64,000 nucleotides of DNA from an uncultured delta proteobacterium (lineage in GTDB: Bacteria > Desulfobacterota > Zymogenia > Zymogenales > Zymogenaceae), in contig CAVTLK010000002.1 in the NCBI GenBank assembly GCA_963735595.1, positions 192,001-256,000 on the forward strand. The letters are read 5' to 3'. The notes under the pieces are model-generated. The model was not told where the DNA came from. It ran no database searches and saw only the letters and a program-made list of their open reading frames with translations. The position numbers and the translations under genes are program-made. Shown piece by piece: positions 31,146 to 39,820 of this stretch; position 1 is the first letter of the stretch; every line of letters begins with the position of its first letter.

Positions 31146-32942
31146 CTATACCCTCGTATCGTGTCGTATCTCGTCGGCTTTCGGCTGCGGCTCTTCCTCG
31201 AACAGCCCCGCCTTTTCGATATAGAGGTTCAGGATATCGTGGGCGGTCTTCTCGTCCAATTTCCCGTTCATCGAGGGGGTCTCGAAGAACCGCTTGGGGA
31301 ACGTCAAACGTGAGAAATCGAAGCCCATATCCTTCTTGAGGCGGTTCTTGAGCCGCCAGATCTTTTCCCCGATGGCCGTCAGTTCCCCGGGGGTCTTTTC
31401 GATCCCGATGGAAGACAGGGCTTCCGAGACCAGGGCCTTATCGCCGTATATCTTGCGGGCAAACAGGCATATGTGGAGCGACGTGAGCATGTTCCGGTCG
31501 ATCTCCTCGGCGATGAGCTTTTTTACCAACTCTTCCTTGTCGAACTCCTTCATGCCCTGGTCCAGGGCGTAGCCGGCGTTGTCCAGGTGGGAGTGGCGCG
31601 TGCTGACCGCCTGTCCCACCATGGCACCGTAGCCGGTGTGGTAGCCGGTCATCTCGTGGTCGCCCAGCACCATCGCGTAGTCCTTCCCGCCGTATTTCTC
31701 CGAAAGATGGGAGAGGCCCATACCAACGTCCCGGTAAAAGTCGTTGGGCCGCGTGACGATGTATCTGATGATGTTCAGATAGGCAACGGCGTCCCCGAAC
31801 GAAACGTCGGTCTTAAGCATCTCCCTGGTGACGATACCGCGCTGGAACGCCTCGGTGATCCACGCAAGGAGTACGCCGGTGGACATGGCGTCCAATCCAT
31901 ATTCTTCCACGGCGTCGATGAGAGACAAAAGGTCGCTCTTTTTCCCCACCCCGATCATGCTGCCGAGGGCGAATATCAGCTCATAGTCGTAGCCCACACC
32001 CGCAAAGGTCGTCTCGTAGCCGGGGCCGAACTCCTGACGGAGCAGCGCGATGTGGATACAGCCGATGGGGCACCCGGAGCAGGAGATTTTCCTCAGCAGG
32101 ATCTCCTCGGCGAATGTGACGCCGTCTATCTCCTGCGCGTTCTCGAACGAGGTCTGGCTGAGGTTTCTGGTGGGAAGCCCACCGGCCGTGGAGAGCGGGA
32201 GAACGTTGACCGGAGTGCCCAGCTCGTGGTACTTCTTCATAGCGTCCGACTCAGTGGCGATCTTGAGGATCTTCTCGTAGACGCGGTTATACTCTTTGGG
32301 CTTGGAGATGGGGTAGGAGCGGTTACCGCCGACCACTATCGCCTTAAGGAGCTTGGAGCCGAAGACCGCGCCCAGCCCGAGCCTGCCGAAATGGCGATAG
32401 GTATCCACGTTGACCAGGGCAAAGCGCACCAGGCGTTCCCCGGCCTGGCCGATGCGGATGATGCTGCGCTTGCCCGAGCCGATCTTGGCTTCCCGGTCGC
32501 GCAACACCTTCCCGGTCCGCTCGACCTTCTCGCCCCACAGGAAACCCGCGTCCTTGATGTCGATTGAGCCCTGGGTGATTGCCAGGTAGACGGGCGAGGA
32601 GGCCCTGCCCTGGATAACGAAGGCGTCGTATCCCGCAAAGCGCATCGCCATGGCAAGCCTTCCGCCGGCGTGGGATTCCCCAAAGTTGCCGGTCAGCGGA
32701 GAGCGGAAGACGGCCGACGTCTTGGTGACGATGGGAAAGATGGTGTTCATCGGCCCGACGGAAAAGATAATGGGCTGATCGGGATCGAGGGGGTCCTTAT
32801 CGATCTTGACAAGCTCCGAGAAGAGCTTGGTCGCCACCCCGGAGCCGCCGATATATTCCATCAGGTCTTGACGCCGCTCGATCTTTACCCGTCGAGTGGT
32901 CAGGTCTATATATACAACCTTGATGTAGTCTCTATTCAGCAT
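31146..32942 (-). CDS. Aldehyde:ferredoxin oxidoreductase (tungsten AOR family)
   Basis: SPLTG..GESHAGG, GRLGLGAVFGSK.LKAI, CSGCPIGC, DYE, GLDAMSTG, ICLF. Confidence 0.9.
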   Translation of the reverse strand: MLNRDYIKVVYIDLTTRRVKIERRQDLMEYIGGSGVATKLFSELVKIDKDPLDPDQPIIFSVGPMNTIFPIVTKTSAVFRSPLTGNFGESHAGGRLAMAMRFAGYDAFVIQGRASSPVYLAITQGSIDIKDAGFLWGEKVERTGKVLRDREAKIGSGKRSIIRIGQAGERLVRFALVNVDTYRHFGRLGLGAVFGSKLLKAIVVGGNRSYPISKPKEYNRVYEKILKIATESDAMKKYHELGTPVNVLPLSTAGGLPTRNLSQTSFENAQEIDGVTFAEEILLRKISCSGCPIGCIHIALLRQEFGPGYETTFAGVGYDYELIFALGSMIGVGKKSDLLSLIDAVEEYGLDAMSTGVLLAWITEAFQRGIVTREMLKTDVSFGDAVAYLNIIRYIVTRPNDFYRDVGMGLSHLSEKYGGKDYAMVLGDHEMTGYHTGYGAMVGQAVSTRHSHLDNAGYALDQGMKEFDKEELVKKLIAEEIDRNMLTSLHICLFARKIYGDKALVSEALSSIGIEKTPGELTAIGEKIWRLKNRLKKDMGFDFSRLTFPKRFFETPSMNGKLDEKTAHDILNLYIEKAGLFEEEPQPKADEIRHDTRV

Positions 32943-33402
32943 TTTCCTGATCTCCCGCCTCCGAAGTATCCGGTTGACCTTCGTTGTGATCAAAGTGCTC
33001 CACGTATTCCATGGCCAGGCACTCGTGGGGGCAATGGCGGACACAGGCACCGCACTGGACGCATATGATCGGGATATGGAGCTCCTCGTCAAACGCGATA
33101 ACGTTTACGGGGCAGGCGTCCACGCACTTCTTGCACGCGAAGCAGGCCTTACGGTCAAACCGCACGCCTCCGCCTTTCCGGGGAGTGAGCGCCCCGCTCA
33201 TGCAGACGGCCGCGCAGGGCGGCGGGTCGCACCCCATGCAGATATCGGCCAGCATCTGGCTCTGGAAACCGCCCGCGGTTCGCACGCGTATCGCGCTGCG
33301 CTCAACCGAGAGGCTGTTGTGGCGCACCCGCGCACAGGTGAGCATACACCCCATACAGGCGATGCACTGCTCCATTTTGACGGCCCTTAACACCTTAGCC
33401 AT
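32932..33402 (-). CDS. 4Fe-4S dicluster ferredoxin-like partner of AOR
   Basis: CIACMGCMLTC, CMGCDPPPCAAVC, CFACKKCVDACP, CVQCGACVRHCP. Confidence 0.9.
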   Translation of the reverse strand: MAKVLRAVKMEQCIACMGCMLTCARVRHNSLSVERSAIRVRTAGGFQSQMLADICMGCDPPPCAAVCMSGALTPRKGGGVRFDRKACFACKKCVDACPVNVIAFDEELHIPIICVQCGACVRHCPHECLAMEYVEHFDHNEGQPDTSEAGDQENAE

Positions 33403-33602
33403 ATCGCATTCCCCTGGCGTATTCCTCTGCCGTATTCCTCTGGTGTATTCCTCCGGCTCCCTCTCTGTCAGGGAGGTCTCTTTCGTTGGGTGATTACGGC
33501 CGGATATCGTGATGGAAGAGTCGGCAGATTAACAATACTTCCGCTGTCGGACCCGCCGTATTTCTTATAGTATATCAAAACGAGAACGAAAAGTAAAGGA
33601 TT

Positions 33603-34007
33603 TCAGGATTTATCGGTCCGGGTCTTGCCGCCGCGCCGCGATTGGCAGACCGGCCAGAGGAACCAGGACAGGATCACGAAGGCGAGGTATATGCCCGTGA
33701 GGATGTAGATGATTACCAGTGAGACCCCGATATCCTCGATGTAGATAAGATGACGAAGCCACGTGATGATAAACGACCCGCCGTAAGAAAAGCCGGGGGC
33801 GTCCGAGCGCCGCAGGTACTCCTCGAGGTGGGTGAGGGGGCAGATCGTGCCGGTTACCTGCATGACGACCGTCCCGACGAGCGCGACGGCGTGGGCTATC
33901 CTCAACCGCCGCATACCGAAGGCAAGGGCGGCAGGAAGGCCCAGAATGATAAAGAGGATCCAGGCAAAATGGACGACGAGGACGATGTCGGAGAAAAGGA
34001 TTTGCAT
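33603..34007 (-). CDS. DUF2784 family membrane protein
   Basis: DIVLVVHFAWILF...H...ICPLTHLEEYLR...Y.GSFI. Confidence 0.8.
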   Translation of the reverse strand: MQILFSDIVLVVHFAWILFIILGLPAALAFGMRRLRIAHAVALVGTVVMQVTGTICPLTHLEEYLRRSDAPGFSYGGSFIITWLRHLIYIEDIGVSLVIIYILTGIYLAFVILSWFLWPVCQSRRGGKTRTDKS

Positions 34008-34049
34008 GGACTTGACAGATTATTGTTTTTCCGTAACGGAAAAGTAACC

Positions 34050-34175
34050 GTCATTGCGAGCCGCCTTTGGGCGGCGCGGCAATCCCCCGACTATATCATC
34101 GGGGCGTTGGCTGATTGAGGTGTTCGCGTAATAGTCAGGTGATTGCCTGGGTTGCCGAGTCTCCCTCATAATGAC
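34050..34175. repeat. Palindromic intergenic repeat (GTCATTGCGAG...GCAATC / GATTGC...ATGAC type), degenerate copy
   Basis: gtcattgcgagccgcctttgggcggcgcggcaatc...gattgcc...ctcataatgac; related to 35474..35593. Confidence 0.65.
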
Positions 34176-34189
34176 GCGTAAATGTGCGC

Positions 34190-35338
34190 CTACACTTTTT
34201 CGTACGGTGAAAAGAGCTTGCCGTGCTCGTCTATGGCGAACTTGTCGGTCATCTGGGCGATATAGTCCGATATAACGCGGATACTTCCCGTTTTGCTGAA
34301 CTCTTCGAAGACCGCCGGCGGCAGCTGTTCGGGGATGTCCACGTAGGTCCGAAAAAGGTCGGTGAGGATGCGCTCGGCCTTGCCGCTCATCCGCACCACC
34401 CGGAAGTGGCGGTAGAGGCGGCGCATGAGAAAGGCCTTGAGCTCTTCGTTGAGGCGGTTCATCTCTTCGCTGAAGACGGCGATGCGTTCAGGGGCGTTTC
34501 TGACGTCGTCCGCGGTATTAACACCGTGACGCTCGATATTGCGGCCGGCCTCGGCCACGGCATCGGTCACCTGCCGCCCGATGAGCCGGGAGACGGAGAC
34601 GAGCCGGAGGACCGTGTCGCTCTCGTCCGGGTGCTCGCTCAGCACCCGGTTAAAGGTATCCCGCCAGAGGGTAACCTCCATGATCTCGTCGGCGGAAAGC
34701 ATCCCGGAGGCCAGCCCGTCGTCGATGTCGTGGCTGTTATAGGCGATCTCGTCGGCGATGTCCACAACCTGGGCTTCGAGCGACCCATAGGGGTAGCCGG
34801 AAAACTCCGTTGCCCCGGCCACGTCGTAGTCGGTGGCGTGTTTGGCCAATCCCTCCCTGACCTCGCAGGTCAGGTTGAGGCCGGGGAAACCGGGGTATTT
34901 TTTCTCGAGCTCTTCGACGATCTTGAGGCTCTGGAGGTTGTGGTTGAAGCCCCCGTCCGAGGCCAGGAATTCGTTGAGCGTCTTTTCGCCGCTGTGCCCA
35001 AAGGGGGGGTGGCCCATGTCGTGCGCGAGCGCCACGGCCTCGGTCAGGTCCTCGTTGACGGCCAGCGACCGGGCGATGGTCCGGGCGATCTGGGAGACCT
35101 CGATGGTGTGGGTGAGGCGGGTGCGGAAATAGTCGCCCTCGTGGTAGACGAAGACCTGGGTCTTGTATTCGAGGCGGCGGAACGCGCTGGAGTGGATGAT
35201 CCGGTCCCGGTCACGCTGAAAGGCGGTGCGGATCTCGTCCTCGAGCTCCTTGTGTTTCCTCCCCCGGCTTTTAGCCGAAAAGGAGGCGTAGGGGGCCAGG
35301 TGGTCAAGCTCCCACCGCTCGGTGTCTCTTCTGTCCAT
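34190..35338 (-). CDS. dgt: Deoxyguanosinetriphosphate triphosphohydrolase (dGTPase)
   Basis: FQRDRDRIIHSSAFRRLEYKTQVF, RTRLTHT, AHDMGHPPFGHSGE, ADEIAY..HDIDD, DYIAQMTD. Confidence 0.93.
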   Translation of the reverse strand: MDRRDTERWELDHLAPYASFSAKSRGRKHKELEDEIRTAFQRDRDRIIHSSAFRRLEYKTQVFVYHEGDYFRTRLTHTIEVSQIARTIARSLAVNEDLTEAVALAHDMGHPPFGHSGEKTLNEFLASDGGFNHNLQSLKIVEELEKKYPGFPGLNLTCEVREGLAKHATDYDVAGATEFSGYPYGSLEAQVVDIADEIAYNSHDIDDGLASGMLSADEIMEVTLWRDTFNRVLSEHPDESDTVLRLVSVSRLIGRQVTDAVAEAGRNIERHGVNTADDVRNAPERIAVFSEEMNRLNEELKAFLMRRLYRHFRVVRMSGKAERILTDLFRTYVDIPEQLPPAVFEEFSKTGSIRVISDYIAQMTDKFAIDEHGKLFSPYEKV

Positions 35339-35473
35339 ACACTCAAATATTTCACACTATCGGGCGTTTCGTCAAGGGATTTCGTGGGGGGTATCAGCGA
35401 ATAGAAAAAGACGGGCGGCATATATTGCGCCCCGGAGTATTGGCAAGCCTACTGTAAGTACAAACGCCACTAT

Positions 35474-35593
35474 TGTCATTGCGAGGAGCGAAGCGACGTG
35501 GCAATCCCGGACGCGGTAACTACCCGGAAGCACGGTAGTATGTATATCATTATCCGAGATCGCCACGCCCCCTGAAGGGGGCTCGCGATGACA
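35474..35593. repeat. Palindromic intergenic repeat (MITE/REP-like)
   Basis: tgtcattgcgaggagcgaagcgacgtggcaatc...gagatcgccacg...ctcgcgatgaca; terminal and internal inverted arms. Confidence 0.75.
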
Positions 35594-35763
35594 ACTCCTT
35601 GGGAGTTCGCTTTGTCAGCAGTCGGGGCGGTATGTACGCCGCCCCTGCGGGTATATCATCGTTCGTTGCGAAAGCAGGTCGTCCTGCTATAGAAGTGAAG
35701 TCCGTGGATTCGCAGGGGCACCACATGTGGTGCCCGCTGCGTTTACGTTGCAGGGTAGCGTGA

Positions 35764-36988
35764 CTAGTTCTCCTTCTTCGGCTTCTCCTCAACCGCCGGT
35801 TTCTCTGTTCCCGGGAACGTGATGGAAAGCCGCTCTACCTTCGCACCGGCCGACGCCGATACCTCGAATACCTCTGGGGCCGTCCACTCTTTGGCGGCGA
35901 ACGCCGCCGTAACGGCCTCGGTAAAGGCGGGAAGGGCCGATTTCTTCAAGAGCGCCACGGCGCACCCGCCGAAGCCGGCCCCGGTCATCCGGGCGCCGTA
36001 GACGTCCGCGGTGCCGCGCGCGGCTTCCACCACGGCGTCAAGCTCCTTGCAGCTGACCTCGTAGTCCTCCTTGAGGCTCGTGTGGGAATCGTACATGAGG
36101 GCACCGAACTCGGCGACCGCCCCCTTCTTGAGGAGGTCCTTTGCCTTGAGCACCCGCCCGTTTTCGGTCACGACGTGCCGGGCACGTTTGAGGATCGTCT
36201 CCGAAACTAAAGCCTTGATCCTGTCGAGGTCGGCAGCGCTCGCGTCCCGCAGCGCCGACGCCTTCGGGTTTATCTTTTTTAACGCCGATACGGCGGCTTC
36301 GCATTCTGCCCGGCGGTCGTTATAGGCGCCGGCCCCCAGCTCGCGCTTGACCTTCGTGTCCACCGCCACGAAGACGGCGTCCTTCAGGTTCAAGGGGGAT
36401 ATGCTCGTGGCTCATGTCACGGCAGTCGATGAACAGGGCGTGACCCTCCTTTGCCATGAGGCTGGTCATCTGATCCATGATTCCGCACCTGACGCCGACA
36501 AACTCCGCCTCGGCGGTCCTGGCCAGGAGCGCCGTTTCTTCCGGCTTGAGGGGATGGCCGAACATCTCGGAGAGCATCAGGGCAGTCGCGACTTCGAGAG
36601 CCGCCGACGACGAGAGCCCCAGGCCGATGGGGACCTCCCCCAGATAATAGGCCCAGACGCCGTCGACCGCCCGGCCGCTCCTGATGAACTGGTCGGTAAC
36701 GCCCATGACGTAGTCAACCCATCCGCCGCGCCTGGCAAGCGGTTGACGGACGCAGAATTCCTCTATCGGATTAAAGCCGACCGATTTGATCCGCGCCAGA
36801 TCACCATACATCTGACGCGCCACCACGTGGGTGCGCCGCCCGATGGCCATAGGCAGGACGAATCCCTCGTTATAGTCGGTATGCTCACCGATCAGGTTGA
36901 TCCTGCCCGGGGCGCTGGCATAGACGCAGGGCACTTCGCTAAAAACGCTTCCAAACGATGTCACCATCAGGTAAAGGGTCGTATCCAT
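35764..36988 (-). CDS. galK: Galactokinase; +1 frameshift in a C-run at ~36394-36398
   Basis: APGRINLIGEHTDYNEGFVLPMAI, GLSSSAA, CGIMDQ, YNDRRAEC, GARMTGAGFGGC split over ORFs 36320..36988 and 35764..36393. Confidence 0.9.
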
Positions 36989-37112
36989 ATTACTGTCGCA
37001 CTCCTTTCTTATGAAGGGCTCATGAATTTTATAATCAATCCTACGCTAAAAGTAAAGGATAAAAAAACGTTTTGGACTTGCCCGGCCGTACCCTTTATGG
37101 GAAAATCTACCC

Positions 37113-37772
37113 ATGACCGATATTGACACTATCATCGGACGGCTGGAGGCCCGCTTTGGCATCCCGAAGAAGGGAAAGATCAAGGATCCCCTTTCGGAGC
37201 TGATATTTACCATCCTCTCCCAGAACACGACCGACATAAACAGAGACCGCGCTTACGAGAGGCTCCGAGGCCGGTTTGTCCGCTGGGAAGACGTGCTGGC
37301 GGCGGAAACGTCCGAGATCGAAGAGGCTATCAGGGTCGGCGGGCTCGGCCCCCAGAAGTCGAAACGGATCAAGGCGATCCTCGGCGAGATCTATGAGAAG
37401 ACCGGGACCCTCTCGTTAGACTACCTCTCGAAGATCGGGGCCGAGCAGGCGCGCAATACGCTGCTGGCCTTTAACGGCGTCGGCCAGAAGACGGCCGCTA
37501 TCGTGCTCCTCTTTTCCCTGGACATGCCGGCATTCCCGGTGGACACCCACATCCTCAGGGTAACCCGACGGCTCGGGCTTATCCCCGCGGGAGCCGACGC
37601 GGCCGCAGCCCACACGATCCTCGGCGCCCTGATACCCACCGATAAATACTACCCCGCCCATATAAACCTGATCATGCTGGGAAGGTCGCTCTGCAAGCCG
37701 AGAAACCCCCGCTGCGCCGAGTGTCCCCTGCTGGCGCTGTGCCGGTTCGGGCAGGAGTTTCTCAATCGATAA
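37113..37772 (+). CDS. nth: Endonuclease III-like HhH-GPD DNA glycosylase
   Basis: ILSQNTTD, GVGQKTA, FPVDTH, C-terminal CKPRNPRCAECPLLALC Fe-S motif. Confidence 0.82.
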   Translation: MTDIDTIIGRLEARFGIPKKGKIKDPLSELIFTILSQNTTDINRDRAYERLRGRFVRWEDVLAAETSEIEEAIRVGGLGPQKSKRIKAILGEIYEKTGTLSLDYLSKIGAEQARNTLLAFNGVGQKTAAIVLLFSLDMPAFPVDTHILRVTRRLGLIPAGADAAAAHTILGALIPTDKYYPAHINLIMLGRSLCKPRNPRCAECPLLALCRFGQEFLNR

Positions 37773-37921
37773 TTGTCCTTGCAATAGCCGACCGGATACG
37801 GGTATAATCACTAACAAGGCGGGCGGTTCTCAACAGTCCCGTCGGCACATAATCCCGAGGAACAACGGATCGGACCGCGACGGCATCGAGACCCCTGCGG
37901 TGCGATTTTCAGGGACAGACT

Positions 37922-38437
37922 GTGGATGCTATTGTAAAGTTCTACCTGCCGCATATCATATTCTTCGGCGCGCTCGTCGGAGTGTTCCTGCTTATCGCCG
38001 TCACCTACCTTCTCGTGGAACAAAGAAGGACGCTCCGCGAAATCGTAAAGACTTTTGACGAGTTCTCGGTGGTCGTTGAGAGCCTGATCGTCAAGATCAC
38101 CCCCCTCCTCCAGCAGCAGCTGGCAACCTTCGATAAGACCAAGGAATGCCCGCAATGCAAGAAGCTAATCGACGAGGCCTACGGGGCATGTCCGTTTTGT
38201 TCTCACCAGTTCGTCAAGAAGTATTTCGTCTCGGTTATCGGACCGGGCGATGAAAAGAAGCTGGAGACGGCCGCCGAAAAGCTCTCGACCGCCCTCAAGA
38301 TCGACTTCCACGAGATGAAGCACCGTCTCCGAATGGGATTCGAATACGCCATCCCCGACCACGCGAAGCGCCGGGAGTTTATGACCGCCGTGGAAAAGAT
38401 GGGCTGCACCGTTAGAGAGACCCTTAAGTGGGTATGA
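37922..38437 (+). CDS. Hypothetical membrane protein with zinc ribbon
   Basis: N-terminal TM helix; CPQC...CPFC; GTG start. Confidence 0.65.
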   Translation: MDAIVKFYLPHIIFFGALVGVFLLIAVTYLLVEQRRTLREIVKTFDEFSVVVESLIVKITPLLQQQLATFDKTKECPQCKKLIDEAYGACPFCSHQFVKKYFVSVIGPGDEKKLETAAEKLSTALKIDFHEMKHRLRMGFEYAIPDHAKRREFMTAVEKMGCTVRETLKWV

Positions 38438-38563
38438 GCCGCCACGCGCAAATGCCGTTTCTCTCGGAGCCCTGATTACTGAAGGATAAAGGGAAGTCGG
38501 TCGCCGAAACCGGGCGTTTTCGTTTTCGGCGCGTGCTTTAGAAATATTCCTTTGGAGGTCACC

Positions 38564-38764
38564 ATGAAGCTTTTAGCGATTTTGGCCAGGCTCCTTATCA
38601 TCGTGGCGGCGCTTGGTTTTGTTGCGGCGATAGCCGTCAAATTCATGGGCGGCACCCCGGTCGCCTTCGGGCTCTACCCGCGCTCGTTCATGAATTTCGT
38701 GGATGCCTGCCTCCTCTTTGCCATTGCGCTCTTGCTCTTGGAGGGTCCCGCGAAAAAGAAATAG
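38564..38764 (+). CDS. Small two-TM membrane protein
   Basis: GGAGG RBS; 66 aa, hydrophobic. Confidence 0.65.
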   Translation: MKLLAILARLLIIVAALGFVAAIAVKFMGGTPVAFGLYPRSFMNFVDACLLFAIALLLLEGPAKKK

Positions 38765-38841
38765 GGCGCGCGGATATCCACCTGCTTTTTCGCGGCGCGC
38801 GTGCGGCCTGTCGCCTCTCGGGCGCAGATAAGGAGGGAAAT

Positions 38842-39027
38842 ATGAGATTGCTTTCGTATCTCTTTCTTTTGGCCTCGCTGGTCGGTTTCGTACTGTGTGT
38901 TGTGGTAAGGCTCTTTTATCCCAATGGAATCTACGGGGTAGGTTTGGAATCGTTCTATTCGTTTTCTTTTTTGTCGGCCGTGTTGGTCATCGCTATGAGC
39001 CTGATTCGCGCGGCATCAAAGGATTAG
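38842..39027 (+). CDS. Small two-TM membrane protein
   Basis: AAGGAGG RBS; 61 aa, hydrophobic, architecture like the upstream ORF. Confidence 0.65.
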   Translation: MRLLSYLFLLASLVGFVLCVVVRLFYPNGIYGVGLESFYSFSFLSAVLVIAMSLIRAASKD

Positions 39028-39139
39028 CGGGTGGCGCCGCGCCGGCCCTCACCGGCGGCGGCTTCCCGCATGACAACGGGCGGTAAAAAGCAGAGGGGGG
39101 AATCAATCCCCCCTTTGTTATCTACGATAGCTCAGGAAG

Positions 39140-39424
39140 CTAGTATCTGCTGCGGTAGCCGCCACCGCCTCCCCTGCCCTGATCCCTGCTCTTGGGAGGC
39201 CGCGCCTCGTCCACATTTAGAGACCGTCCGGCGAATTCCGTACCGTTAAGCGCGTCCTTAGCGTTTTCGGCTTCGGACTGGGAACCCATCTCAACGAACC
39301 CGAAACCTTTTCCCTCGATGACCTTGGCTTCTTTGACCTCGCCGTGGTTGGTAAAAAGCTCGGTGAGCTCCTCGGACGTTACCGAGTAGCTGAGGTTTCC
39401 CACGAAAAGTTTGCTTCCCTGCAT
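39140..39424 (-). CDS. RRM (RNP-1) RNA-binding protein with Gly-rich tail
   Basis: KLFVGNL (RNP2), KGFGFVEM (RNP1), LNG..F.GR.L.VDEARP, GGGGGY tail. Confidence 0.92.
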   Translation of the reverse strand: MQGSKLFVGNLSYSVTSEELTELFTNHGEVKEAKVIEGKGFGFVEMGSQSEAENAKDALNGTEFAGRSLNVDEARPPKSRDQGRGGGGGYRSRY

Positions 39425-39623
39425 CCTTGACTCCTTTTCTTCTCTTATTTAATAATGGTCGGCACTGTAAGCTAATGCGAGGAAAGCGACATCGCAACAC
39501 ATCATTAAACGCGAGAATCGAACAACAAAAACGATTGAAAGGAAATTATTGATCATCACATGAAGCTTGTGGGTTCCCTTTCAAAGGCCGTCATCAGAAC
39601 CCTGTGTCCTGATTGCGGCCAAA

Positions 39624-39652
39624 ATTATATAAGCCGGCCTATTGGCTGTCAA
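39624..39652 (-). promoter_or_regulatory. Consensus sigma-70 promoter for the RRM gene
   Basis: Minus strand TTGACA-17 nt-TATAAT, a perfect consensus match. Confidence 0.8.
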
Positions 39653-39820
39653 GCGAAATATGTATAAACATAATTGGGTAAGAAGCGCCCGTTACGATCC
39701 AACCAACCGCTCTCGACCGACATTTTTGCAGGCGTGGCGCTTCTTACGTTGATTATTTTTTATCATGGCATATAATAGTAAGCGGGAAGACCTAAACGCT
39801 TCGATAACGGGAGACTTCAC

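Noticed and set aside
34190..35338. Anti-phage dGTPase defence gene
   Set aside because: It looks like the ordinary short housekeeping dGTPase and has no defence-island neighbours.
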